Shown here one piece after another: positions 18,864-28,444 of a stretch of DNA of 64,000 nt. The position numbers and the translations under genes were made by a program. The stretch is taken from positions 115,179 through 179,178 of the IMG/VR virus record IMGVR_UViG_3300020048_000017; one strand, given 5' to 3'. Numbering within the stretch: the stretch's first letter is position 1; each line of letters begins with the position of its first letter. The notes under the pieces are model-generated. The model was given only the letters and a program-made list of their open reading frames with translations, made no database searches and was not told the origin of the DNA. Origin of the DNA: a virus.

Positions 18864-19997
18864 TTAGACAATAACACCAACAAGGGCTTTATTATCAAGA
18901 ACAACACGTCCTTCTTCGAGTCTGGTATACCAGCCGACTTGTTCCTGTCTTGCAAGGAATTGGTCATCGACCTGAGTAATAACAGTTCCGTATTCGGAAG
19001 GAGAAGCCACGTCGAAGTCTCCAGTTGGTTCCGAAGCGACAACTCTGATGAAGGCATCTTGACTAAGGTCAACACCGATCACAATTTGTTGTGAGGCACC
19101 GTTAAAGGCTGGTTGAGAGCCAGAAGCAGTGTAGTAAGTGTCAAACACAGAGTTATAAGATCTTGCAACACCAAGCTCTTGAAGCATGTGAAGTCCGACA
19201 CCGAAGATCGAAGGGACTCCAGCTTGGCTGAAGAATTGCTTACGCACATCGTCAGGAAGTCCAAGGGCAGTCGATTCATCAGAGTTAGGAACCCCAATAG
19301 TGTTCATTGGTTGGTAAGCGAACGCACGGATATCTTCAAGGATCTCAGGGGAGATAAGAAGATCTGTAAGACCTTTTCTGCCTCTAAGCGAAACCGGAGT
19401 TCCGCCAGTCCAAGACGTATGAAGGCGAGTAACTTTCGTGAAGAGCTTATTAAGGTCATGAAGTTGGAATCTACCAGCAGTCGTCGCTGCGATAAGGTGG
19501 TTTAGACCATCAGCAGTTTCAGATTCAGCAAGAGCTGCAAGGATTGGAGCCCAAGCATTGTCTTCCATGTCAAGAAGAATTTCTTGAGCCATTCTTTCCA
19601 TTGCCTTTGCGACAACGTCGAGACGACCATCTTTCATGTATCTCTTAAGGAAGGACACAGCAGAGTCGAGACGATAAGTCTGGAATCTGTATTCGTCTGC
19701 CCCGTGGATAACGCTAGTAGGAAGACCCCCAGCGATAGATTGAGACCAAACACGAATGTAGTTTTCTTCAGTGTTTTCGAACATATCCAAAGGAATACTC
19801 GGAACAGTGTCAAAAGCGTATTCGCGAGTGTCATAAATCAACTCGGAAGTTGCGGCTTGTTGAAGAACTTGTTCGACAATACCACCGACTAGAGCCGCAA
19901 GGATTTCTTGAGCAGCTAAAGACTCGGCTTTTTTGCGAGAGCCAACTTTGGCCAAAAGCTCTAAATTCTCAGGGTTTTTTTCTAGTTTTACTTTCAT
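18864..19997 (-). CDS. Major capsid protein (HK97-like fold by inference)
   Basis: 377 aa after protease and decoration genes; followed by a strong terminator. Confidence 0.85.
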   Translation of the reverse strand: MKVKLEKNPENLELLAKVGSRKKAESLAAQEILAALVGGIVEQVLQQAATSELIYDTREYAFDTVPSIPLDMFENTEENYIRVWSQSIAGGLPTSVIHGADEYRFQTYRLDSAVSFLKRYMKDGRLDVVAKAMERMAQEILLDMEDNAWAPILAALAESETADGLNHLIAATTAGRFQLHDLNKLFTKVTRLHTSWTGGTPVSLRGRKGLTDLLISPEILEDIRAFAYQPMNTIGVPNSDESTALGLPDDVRKQFFSQAGVPSIFGVGLHMLQELGVARSYNSVFDTYYTASGSQPAFNGASQQIVIGVDLSQDAFIRVVASEPTGDFDVASPSEYGTVITQVDDQFLARQEQVGWYTRLEEGRVVLDNKALVGVIV

Positions 19998-20016
19998 AAA
20001 ATGTTACTTAATAGGA

Positions 20017-20583
20017 TTAAAGTTCAAGTTGGAACAGCGCGTAGCCATCAGCCCCACTTTGGGAAAGGAATGTTCCTACGACCTTGTCAAAAGAGACAGA
20101 CGCTTTATTAACAACAAGAAGTTGTCCTTCAACAGTTGGGTGCATAACTGCACCAGAACCTGCGTCTGGAGTTCCACTAAATCCGTTAATTTCGAAGATA
20201 CCTCTTGTAACAAGGGGAACGGTTTCTCCAGAAACAACGATTTGTTGTTCAGAACGGTCAAAACGAGGGCGGTAAATGTATTTTTCACCGAACTTGTTAA
20301 CTTCACGAACATCGTAAAGAAGCATACCAAAAGGCCTGTCACCACTAGCAGCAGTTTCAACCTTGTTTGGGTTAACAGCCCTCATAGATGTAGCTCTACT
20401 AGGAACTCCCTCAAGGTCTTGAAGGAATTGCATAGGGGTTGCGTCAGGATTGACGCCACCTTTCAGCTTAACGAAAGTCCCTTTGTTAACAGAAGCATCT
20501 TCGTGAGCGAAGAAGTTGATAACGTCGTGAGGAGCCACATTACGGAAAGGTTTGAGATTTGGTTTTTCAGATGTATTATACAT
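20017..20583 (-). CDS. Probable head decoration/cement protein
   Basis: 188 aa between scaffold and capsid genes; VSGETVPLVTRGIFEING motif. Confidence 0.65.
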   Translation of the reverse strand: MYNTSEKPNLKPFRNVAPHDVINFFAHEDASVNKGTFVKLKGGVNPDATPMQFLQDLEGVPSRATSMRAVNPNKVETAASGDRPFGMLLYDVREVNKFGEKYIYRPRFDRSEQQIVVSGETVPLVTRGIFEINGFSGTPDAGSGAVMHPTVEGQLLVVNKASVSFDKVVGTFLSQSGADGYALFQLEL

Positions 20584-20606
20584 GAGTTAATTCCTTGTTT
20601 AATTGA

Positions 20607-20633
20607 TTACACGGAAACTGTTCTTTTTGCGAA
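20607..20633 (-). promoter_or_regulatory. Putative late promoter TTC-N18-GTGTAA overlapping the scaffold stop codon
   Basis: GTG-TAA are the last two codons of the upstream gene. Confidence 0.55.
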
Positions 20634-22109
20634 AGAATTTTTATATTTCGCAAAATCATTTTCTGAACTTTCTTGTTCTTGAGAGTTCGGAACGTCTTCT
20701 TGAGAAGATGCTTTGGCGAGGGCTTTAGAAGTGTTAGGAACTTCTTTTTCAGAAGCTTTAGCAGCAACTAGTTTTCCGAAGTCACCAAGCCAAGCTTGAA
20801 AGTCTTCGTCAGATAGATCGCGAATTTGCTTAGCGACAATCTGCCTTTGTTCATCACTGATTTCAAACTTCTCGTCGAGAGTTTCCATTCTTTCGTTGAA
20901 AGAAGCTTGCTTCTCCATCGATTCTTTAGCAGCAGATACTTCCTGAAGAGTTTTTTCAATTTCAGTTACTTTACTTTCCAGTTCAGTAACTTTTTTGGTC
21001 TTTTCTTCAAGATCAGCTTCCTTAGCTTTAATTTCTTGTTCCTTAGAAGAGATCTCAAGGGCCTTCGCGTCTTCAAACGCTTTAAGCTCACCAGATTTAA
21101 CAGTAAGCTGTTCCTTGATAAAATCACGGACTTCGCTCGCAGTTACCTCTTTAAGAGCATCTTCTGTGATATCAGTAATGTCTTTAATTTTCATACGTCT
21201 TTTTGTAGTTACAGTGATATTTTCTTTTTGTGAAATCTCTTTAATAATTTCTTCTTTAAGTTGAGCTTTTATTTCTTCTCTTTCGTCAGAAGATATATAA
21301 ACTACATTATTCTCAGTAAGATCTTGTTCTTCAGAGCTATAGCTTCTGGTCTTTTTACTAGAGTCGGATAGATCTTCAACTTCCAAACCTTTAACATCTG
21401 CTGCTGGGGTAAATGTAAAACCAACACCAGCAGGTAGTAGACTCCCAGTTACAATTTGATAGACAGGAGTCCCGTCTTTCATAAACCCAGATCCTTGTTC
21501 ATCTTTAAGATAAGCAGAAAGTTCTTTAACTTGTTTGTCATCCCTAATGATTTCCGCATCTGCGAGCCTTTTAGAACCTAAGGCTATGACGTATTCGTCA
21601 AACAGAATTTCCCAAGAAGCGCTAATAGAATTATACCAATAATCACCCTTGTTAGATGATCTCTTTATAAGATCTGCGTAATAAGCATCAGCTCTTTTAT
21701 AGACAACTCCTCCGAGAGCCATATTAAACGGCATTAGATCCCTTGAATATTTTGGGGTAATTTTGGAAATAATTTTATTCTCACCAAATGTTGAAAACCC
21801 TGCATTAGTAGCATGACCAATAATATAGGAAGATTGATGCTCAATATTAAAAGGCTTGTGAAGGAAGTTGCCCATACAAGCATCTGCATCACTGCCTAGA
21901 ATCCCATGTCCGTTAGAATTAACTAGATTTGCAACAGCTACGTTAAAAGAAACTTTGAGAAGGTCGTCATTACCCTGCTTAATGTCAGGGAACAAGGTTT
22001 TTAAAGATTCAAGAGACGAAGCTTTGATTAGCTTATCTTCTTCTTCTTCATTTAGTGGCTCAAAATTTACGGAAGCTGTCAGCTTAAGAGGTCTTTGCTC
22101 GATCTTCAT
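20607..22109 (-). CDS. Prohead protease fused to an acidic coiled-coil scaffold
   Basis: KPFNIEH...IIGH, SASWEILF and GVGFTFTPAADV protease-type motifs; E/K-rich C-terminal coil. Confidence 0.75.
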   Translation of the reverse strand: MKIEQRPLKLTASVNFEPLNEEEEDKLIKASSLESLKTLFPDIKQGNDDLLKVSFNVAVANLVNSNGHGILGSDADACMGNFLHKPFNIEHQSSYIIGHATNAGFSTFGENKIISKITPKYSRDLMPFNMALGGVVYKRADAYYADLIKRSSNKGDYWYNSISASWEILFDEYVIALGSKRLADAEIIRDDKQVKELSAYLKDEQGSGFMKDGTPVYQIVTGSLLPAGVGFTFTPAADVKGLEVEDLSDSSKKTRSYSSEEQDLTENNVVYISSDEREEIKAQLKEEIIKEISQKENITVTTKRRMKIKDITDITEDALKEVTASEVRDFIKEQLTVKSGELKAFEDAKALEISSKEQEIKAKEADLEEKTKKVTELESKVTEIEKTLQEVSAAKESMEKQASFNERMETLDEKFEISDEQRQIVAKQIRDLSDEDFQAWLGDFGKLVAAKASEKEVPNTSKALAKASSQEDVPNSQEQESSENDFAKYKNSFAKRTVSV

Positions 22110-22120
22110 ATTTAATAGTT

Positions 22121-22126
22121 ATACAC
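22121..22126 (-). promoter_or_regulatory. Putative late promoter core GTGTAT
   Basis: Intergenic, 11 nt before the protease ATG. Confidence 0.5.
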
Positions 22127-23046
22127 TAAATTAAGTAAGCAAAGAGAACATTTTCTATTTTTTCTTTCCATTTTTTATCGTCGTATTTAATTTCGAGAAT
22201 GGTTAGTCCATTATTTTTACAATAATCTCTCTTTATTTGGTCTCGTTTTTGAATACCTTTGAAGTTTTTGAGACCGCCCCACTTTTTGACGGGTTTGTAG
22301 TGTTGGGCTCCCTGAAACTCTATTAAAAAGGGGCCTAAGTAAAAATCGAATTTTAAAGGTTTTTGATCCCTACAATTTGCGAACCAGTGTTGTTCTACAA
22401 AGGGTGCATCGACACTTTTTAAAAAATTTCGAACTTTATTTTCACCAAATGAAGAACTACATTGTGGGCAACCACAACGACCAGTCAGGTGACTATCTGG
22501 GGTTATTTTGAAATCTCCATGTTTTTCGCAAGTTATGATGACCTTTTTTCTTGCGGTTTTGTAATCAACCTTTTCATAAGAATATAAATCTCCATGCAAA
22601 ATTTTACATTTAGCAAGGAAGTCTTGTTGAGACCTCCTCTGGGAATCATGAACAACTTTCATGCTACACTTTCGACATCCGTAACCGTTTAAAAAATGAG
22701 ACTTGGGGATTTGCCAAAAGGACCCATGAATGGGGCAAATTATCTCAATCTTTGTTTTGGCGTTTATATAATTACTTTTACTGTAATCGAATCGGTCCCC
22801 ATGTTTTTCTTTAGATTTTTCCACAAAGGTTTCTTTTGAATAAAGAGTCCACCTTGGGGAGCATGAAGGGCAACCTTGCCCGCCTAGATGTTTTTGGGCA
22901 GTTTGTCTAAACTCTCCATGAACCGGACAAATTATGGACACCTTTCCCGAAGCCGTTCTATAACTAGAATCTACATAGGAAAACTTCCCTCCGTGAACTT
23001 TGTTAGATCGTTTTAAAAAATCTTCAAAAGGTAACGGTAATGTCAT
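22126..23046 (-). mobile_element. Free-standing homing-endonuclease-like gene: three Zn-ribbon repeats (CPxHGxF...GCxxC) plus a C-terminal PD-(D/E)XK-like domain
   Basis: CPVHGEF, CPIHGSF, CEKHGDF repeats; FDFYLGPFLIEFQGAQHY motif; ATG at 23046 overlaps the endolysin stop (ATGA). Confidence 0.75.
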
Positions 23047-23828
23047 ATAACAATTGTGCCGTTTGCCAAGACCGGCTGAGTTAGATCCCAATTGTTTTTT
23101 TTCATAGCATCTATCAAACAGTCCATTCTGTAAACAGTAGAACGAAGCACCTTCGTATTATGACTTGCTAACCAAGCTTTACGGACCCTTACGTATTCGG
23201 AAACCCACTTCTTTTCGTCACCGCCCCTTAGTGGAGTCATTTCTTTAAATCTAGATCTTAGAAAAGCAAGAATGCTACCCGAATGGAGGTGGCTATCCAC
23301 TGAGCAAAGCATAGAAAGAGGGTGAGTAAACTTGTTGTCGTTGAAAAATTTCAGGGCAGGAATCCAATACTTATCCTCAAAAACTTTGTCCTGAACTTTT
23401 TTCATGACGGAATCGCCGCAAGCTCTTTTTAGTAGGTCTGTGAAAGCCTTATTCCCATATAGCGAAGGAGTTTTACCCACCCTGCCAACGTATTGTTGAA
23501 AGTCTTTGGAGAAAGACCCTCTAGCATTAGCGTAAGCTTCCACAACTTTAACAAGGTTTCCGAACTCTGTAAAACCTCTACCGAGAGTAATTTGTTTAAT
23601 TCCATTTGGACCATCGTAATAGAAAAACAACGAATCGTAATTAGTAACGATAGATCCCGTCTCAAAAATATTAATAACTTTTAAGATCTTTTCTTTTTGG
23701 AGGGCGTCTTGAAGAAGGGTTTCTGGAAAAATAATTGGAGAGTCCATAATATGGGTCTCTTCTATAAAGATTTTAGGTTCCTCTTTTTTAAAGAAGTTAA
23801 AGATTTTGGAAAAGTCAATCATCGCCAC
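23043..23828 (-). CDS. Endolysin candidate, chitosanase (GH46)-like lysozyme fold
   Basis: INIFETGS...YDGPNGIKQITLGRGFT and MKKVQDKVFEDKYWIPA motifs; next to holin-like and lipoprotein genes. Confidence 0.7.
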   Translation of the reverse strand: MAMIDFSKIFNFFKKEEPKIFIEETHIMDSPIIFPETLLQDALQKEKILKVINIFETGSIVTNYDSLFFYYDGPNGIKQITLGRGFTEFGNLVKVVEAYANARGSFSKDFQQYVGRVGKTPSLYGNKAFTDLLKRACGDSVMKKVQDKVFEDKYWIPALKFFNDNKFTHPLSMLCSVDSHLHSGSILAFLRSRFKEMTPLRGGDEKKWVSEYVRVRKAWLASHNTKVLRSTVYRMDCLIDAMKKNNWDLTQPVLANGTIVI

Positions 23829-24160
23829 CCCTCCTTGTTTCTTTGATTTAACGTTGCGAATTTAACCATATACTGTTGAGGTAGATAATAATTAGGAGGA
23901 TCAATGATTAGGCCTTCCCCTTTTTCCAACACGGGAACTAAAGAGTAACCATACTTATTGCTGAGAGACACATATCTCTTGGCGGCGCTTTCAGAAATAT
24001 GCCAGCCTTTAGGAGTGAAGTCGTAAACTCCGGCATTTTGTTCGTTTCCATCGAAACTAACTTCTGTATTCGTAATACGATCTGGAACAACTTGCAAAGT
24101 GCTACAGGAGAACAGAGAACTACTCAGAAATAAGATCGCGCATTTTGTCAATACCTTCAT
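23819..24160 (-). CDS. Lipoprotein, o-spanin candidate
   Basis: Signal peptide with lipobox-like LFSC; overlaps the upstream membrane ORF. Confidence 0.5.
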   Translation of the reverse strand: MKVLTKCAILFLSSSLFSCSTLQVVPDRITNTEVSFDGNEQNAGVYDFTPKGWHISESAAKRYVSLSNKYGYSLVPVLEKGEGLIIDPPNYYLPQQYMVKFATLNQRNKEGWR

Positions 24161-24332
24161 TTTTCGTTTCTGGGTTAGCAGCCATTCTAGCAGCAGCTTC
24201 GGCTTCGTCTTGAATATCGGATTCTCTTTTAGATGTCTCTCTCAAAACGTTTTCTTTGGAATAGCGTTTAGTAATCAGCTTCTCAAAGACACCGAAGAAT
24301 TGAAGGACGACAGTTAATATTCCAGACCACAT
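24120..24332 (-). CDS. Small membrane-anchored protein, i-spanin candidate
   Basis: N-terminal hydrophobic helix followed by a charged helix. Confidence 0.4.
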   Translation of the reverse strand: MWSGILTVVLQFFGVFEKLITKRYSKENVLRETSKRESDIQDEAEAAARMAANPETKNEGIDKMRDLISE

Positions 24333-24619
24333 TACATTCCAACACGTTTCTTAGCTTCTAAAGTAGCAGCCTCTTGACCACCAGTAACCCTCTTATCCTT
24401 GGCTAAAACAGCAAAAGAACCACCTGCTATAACCATTGAGATCTTTGCAAACAGTTCAAGGTAGAGTTCCAAAGTATCAGGGAGAAAATCGATAGCCTCT
24501 GGAGTAGTTAAAATAAAACCAGCGAGCACGGCGATAATACCAGAAGTGGTAGTCCTCCAGTTAACGCCGACGAATTTGACCATAAAGTCATGGAACAGAA
24601 TATATAATTTTTCTAGCAT
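24332..24619 (-). CDS. Holin candidate (two transmembrane segments)
   Basis: NWRTTTSGIIAVLAGFIL...AVLAKD holin-like pattern with a basic C-terminus. Confidence 0.6.
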   Translation of the reverse strand: MLEKLYILFHDFMVKFVGVNWRTTTSGIIAVLAGFILTTPEAIDFLPDTLELYLELFAKISMVIAGGSFAVLAKDKRVTGGQEAATLEAKKRVGM

Positions 24620-24641
24620 GGAAAATCTCCTATATTAAGGA

Positions 24642-24667
24642 TTACACCTTATTAGACTGACCATGAA
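24642..24667 (-). promoter_or_regulatory. Putative late promoter TTC-N17-GTGTAA for the lysis cassette
   Basis: Motif followed by AGGAGA RBS and the holin ATG. Confidence 0.6.
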
Positions 24668-26552
24668 ATAAAATAGCTGCCTGAAATATGGGAATGTTAT
24701 GTTCTCCAGAAATCTCTAGGATCTCATCAGAAACATTTATATTCTTCTTGGCTGAGATGTAGTTTTTAGCGCTCTTTTCCCAATTCTTTATTTTTTCCGA
24801 AACAACGATTGACTCTACGAATTGAAAAGCCTGATCTTTCTTAGATTGGCTTAAACGCTTAACTCCGAAGTATTCTTTGAACTCAGCCTCGACTACAGGG
24901 ATAAGTTCGTTGATCTTATCGTAAACGGACTTCAGGTCAGAGAAGTTGTAAGAAGCGCTAGATTTCTTTTTGCTATCTTTTATAGAAACGTTGGAACTAG
25001 GCTTATTAGTTTTATTGGGAGCTTTTGGAGCTTTGGTTCCCGAAGGTCTACCTGCTACACCAGCGGCAGGTTCTTTAGATCCTCCAATCAAAGGCTCATA
25101 CAAACCTTTATCTCTAAGTTTTTTAAAATTCCGTTGAGAAGTTTCGGACTTTTCTGGCTCAGGCAGTAATCCTGATTCAGAGATTTTAAAGAATTCTTCG
25201 GCAGTAAGGAATCCGATTTCAGCAAGTCTGGTATAGACTCTAAGAAGTTGAGATTTGTCTTCTAGATCGATTTTTTCGAACACAGGAGTGGGGACTTTTT
25301 CAAATCCTAGTGTTTCCGCAATTCTTTCCATTTCAGGAATTAGGAATTTATCTTTGAAGATTCTGCGGGCTTCATTAAGCCTTTCTAGGAAAACTTTAAT
25401 TTTAATAATAGTGTTGGAAAACTTTTGATCAGTGTCGAAGAAGATGTTCATCATCCCTTGCGCAATATCCTGATTGACCGCAGCATACTTTTCTTTACCT
25501 AGAATCTTGTTTAAATCAGGAACGATAAAGTCACCTTTGGTAGTATAATCCGCGATAATAACGCGACCGACGCTCTCACTCGCGAATAATTCTTGCATAG
25601 CAGCTAGGGAGTTCTTATCGGTCCCACCATCCTCTTTTTTAGCACCCATCGTCATCAGAAGAATAATATAGTCAGTAGTCTTTGAGATGGCAAGATCGGC
25701 TTTTTTAAACTCTAATTTCAAATTAATGTCAGCCAATACAGGGTAGAAAAAAGGCACAGTAAGAGCCTCGTAGTCTTGCTTCTTCGCAAAAACGGGCACC
25801 AATTTATCTTCAGGAATTTGGACAGAGATATCTCCCCCTCCCTTTTTAATCATTTCCTGATCCCTTGGGGAAAAGCTTTTTAAAAGTTGCCTATCCTGAG
25901 CGGTCTTAGGATTCTTAAGGCGAGCAATTTCGTAGTTATTCAAAATTTTTGAATAAGAAGGATTCAGAAACGAAGAAGCTCCGTTACATTTCATGGAACA
26001 CGGATCTAGAAGAGCGTATCTTACAGGGATCTCTTTACCTAATAAATAACTAGCCCCAGAATCCAACACATCTTCTGTGCCAAACCTGTGAGTCATTCTA
26101 TAGAAAAAGACGTTAGTAGACCTATTGTGCTCCCTGAAGAACTGATCGGCAATATCGTATTTGTTGATCTTCTTATACCAACTCGTAAAAAACTCGACAG
26201 CCTTCTCATCAGCCCCTTGAAAATGAATAGGAGAGTTCGAAAACTCTGTCATTATCTCAATAGTGTTTTTAAAAATAGGAACATTATGATAAGCTTTTTG
26301 ACACAGCTCAATACAGTCCTTTGCAGAAACTCCTGATTCGGAAACCTTTAAAGGATTTTTTAAAGACCTAATATTAGAAAGGGAATTAAACCCATGGTCC
26401 TTACCCTCCGTTGCTACCATTCTTTCCCCAGTTCTAGAAGCGACTACGGTTTTTCTTTTTTCCCCCATGGGGACGGATAGAGGCTCTGCAAAAAGGTTAA
26501 TCTCATCATGAGGTTCTTCTTTAGCAACTATTTCTTTCTTAGGTCTACCCAT
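24642..26552 (-). CDS. Portal protein
   Basis: 636 aa directly after the large terminase; CQKAYHNVPIFKNTIEIMTEFS motif. Confidence 0.85.
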   Translation of the reverse strand: MGRPKKEIVAKEEPHDEINLFAEPLSVPMGEKRKTVVASRTGERMVATEGKDHGFNSLSNIRSLKNPLKVSESGVSAKDCIELCQKAYHNVPIFKNTIEIMTEFSNSPIHFQGADEKAVEFFTSWYKKINKYDIADQFFREHNRSTNVFFYRMTHRFGTEDVLDSGASYLLGKEIPVRYALLDPCSMKCNGASSFLNPSYSKILNNYEIARLKNPKTAQDRQLLKSFSPRDQEMIKKGGGDISVQIPEDKLVPVFAKKQDYEALTVPFFYPVLADINLKLEFKKADLAISKTTDYIILLMTMGAKKEDGGTDKNSLAAMQELFASESVGRVIIADYTTKGDFIVPDLNKILGKEKYAAVNQDIAQGMMNIFFDTDQKFSNTIIKIKVFLERLNEARRIFKDKFLIPEMERIAETLGFEKVPTPVFEKIDLEDKSQLLRVYTRLAEIGFLTAEEFFKISESGLLPEPEKSETSQRNFKKLRDKGLYEPLIGGSKEPAAGVAGRPSGTKAPKAPNKTNKPSSNVSIKDSKKKSSASYNFSDLKSVYDKINELIPVVEAEFKEYFGVKRLSQSKKDQAFQFVESIVVSEKIKNWEKSAKNYISAKKNINVSDEILEISGEHNIPIFQAAILFHGQSNKV

Positions 26553-26563
26553 AATAAAGATAT

Positions 26564-26589
26564 ATACCCTTAACCGTAGCTTCTGGGAA
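26564..26589 (-). promoter_or_regulatory. Putative late promoter TTC-N17-GGGTAT
   Basis: Variant motif upstream of the portal ATG. Confidence 0.4.
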
Positions 26590-28444
26590 GAAAAAATGTG
26601 TTATTTTCTTCTGCGGGAGCATCGTTCATATCGAAATAACATTTTAAGGCCCAGTTAGCTAATAATAAAACAGAGTAAGAGTCCTTTCTCGCTTTATCTG
26701 GAGAGGTAGATTTTCTGAGGTTATTAGGTAAATCGAAGGTCTGACCACCTGTAGGATTGGTAGAAACAACGATCATAGAACACTGAGTCTTAGTAAGGTC
26801 TACAATATATTCTTGGTTATCGATGAACTCCGCTTGTTTTTGAGCCGGATTTTGGGGCATATTGCCTTCTAGGTCATAATCGATATCTTCAATAGGCACA
26901 TTTTGCTTTAACTGCTTGGAGTGCTCGTCTTCGATACCATGAACTGAAGAGGCGAACATGATACGCTTTTTCTCGATGCAATTCTGTAAAGATTCATTAG
27001 CTGCCCTGATCCATTTGGTTGCAAATTTCTGAGCGTGGCAAATTTTACCAGAACCTAAGTCATATTCAGCTTTAGAGTTTCTAACACCAGCTTGATAGTC
27101 TTCGTTTTCAAAATCATGCTCGAAGAACTCTAATTTGAAATTCTTAAACTCTGGAAATTCCTGAGCATCTTGAAGAAACTTGGGTCCACCAGCATTATCC
27201 ACAATTACGTAAACGATATTGAAATTATCAAAAAGATATTTTAAATACCTTGTCCTCGCACGCAGGTTACTTTTAGCAACGGCATACCCATGAACCAGAA
27301 CACCTTTTCGAGTATCTTCATAGATCTCAACTACGGACATTGCAAAGTGGTCAGAAGAGTCAGCATCACTATAGTTGGGATCAATTGCTAAGATATACTT
27401 CTTCTCTTTATCTCCGACAATTTTAGTTGTAGGTCTTATCCCAGTAGGAATAGTAGCTTCTTGCATCTTCCTAGAAGAGAAGAATCCTCCGGAGTCATCG
27501 GTAAACTGAGCACCAAGCTCTCTTTGAAGTTGCTGCTCGGACATCGAGCCTTCAAGTTCTTTTACTAGTTGCGGGTCATAAAGTCCTTCTGGAGCAACCT
27601 GATAAGCCAATTGCATAACGCAGTGAGAAACCCCTGAAAACTTCTCGCCCTTTTTATCTGTAGTGTTGATTATCTTGAATATGTATTCGGAATACATCTC
27701 ATAGAGGTAATCAAAAGTATAACTTGCAGAAGTTAGCCCGATAATCTTTGGAGGGTCTGGCAAAAGCATTCTATACTCTTCTTCAGTAACCAATCCCTCT
27801 CTTAGAAGCTTCATTGCTCGCCCAGTTGCGTGAGGGTCGATACTAACGATAAGGAACGGCTTCAAGACCTCATTAATAACCTTGTCATCTAAAAGCAAAA
27901 GCTCATCAATGACCATGACGTTAAAACGATATCCACGAATTTTATCTCCAGCACCAAGGGGAAGGGCCATAATAACTGACGCCCCAATATTCATTTCCCA
28001 AGCGTCAGCGTTGTGTTTAATGTTCTTTCGGTTGTCTCCAATGCACTGTCTCAAAAACTCACCTTCTTTAGAGTTGGCAAAGTCTTCGATTTTCTTAAAC
28101 ATCATCCGAGCTTGACGGAAAGTCTTCGAAACAATAGCTATCTTAACACCTTGGTTAAAAATAGCATACAACATACAAAACAAAGAGCCGATGTAAGATT
28201 TGCCGAGACCACGGGAGCAGATAGCCAAAAAGTTGTTCCTTTGGAACATGGCTTTAATCATCATCTGTTGGAACGGGAATAACTTCACGCCTACAAGCAA
28301 CCTAACCGCAAAGGTTGGGTTGTTTCTTAGAAACTCGATAAGTGTAATTTTAGCTTCCCTGTCTTTCAAAGTCCCTTCTAACGTAAGCAGTCTATCGTTT
28401 ACGTTTTCGGTTCCTTTACGGTAGTGTAGTCCCTTTTCCCACAT
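26570..28444 (-). CDS. terL: Terminase large subunit
   Basis: Walker A-like SRGLGKS, Walker B VMVIDE, RNase H-like nuclease ILAIDP...DHFA and KDSYS. Confidence 0.93.
   Translation of the reverse strand: MWEKGLHYRKGTENVNDRLLTLEGTLKDREAKITLIEFLRNNPTFAVRLLVGVKLFPFQQMMIKAMFQRNNFLAICSRGLGKSYIGSLFCMLYAIFNQGVKIAIVSKTFRQARMMFKKIEDFANSKEGEFLRQCIGDNRKNIKHNADAWEMNIGASVIMALPLGAGDKIRGYRFNVMVIDELLLLDDKVINEVLKPFLIVSIDPHATGRAMKLLREGLVTEEEYRMLLPDPPKIIGLTSASYTFDYLYEMYSEYIFKIINTTDKKGEKFSGVSHCVMQLAYQVAPEGLYDPQLVKELEGSMSEQQLQRELGAQFTDDSGGFFSSRKMQEATIPTGIRPTTKIVGDKEKKYILAIDPNYSDADSSDHFAMSVVEIYEDTRKGVLVHGYAVAKSNLRARTRYLKYLFDNFNIVYVIVDNAGGPKFLQDAQEFPEFKNFKLEFFEHDFENEDYQAGVRNSKAEYDLGSGKICHAQKFATKWIRAANESLQNCIEKKRIMFASSVHGIEDEHSKQLKQNVPIEDIDYDLEGNMPQNPAQKQAEFIDNQEYIVDLTKTQCSMIVVSTNPTGGQTFDLPNNLRKSTSPDKARKDSYSVLLLANWALKCYFDMNDAPAEENNTFFLPRSYG

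Noticed and set aside
19933-20682. 249-aa plus-strand ORF opposite the decoration and capsid genes
   Set aside because: It lies fully antisense to clear structural genes and shows no protein motif.
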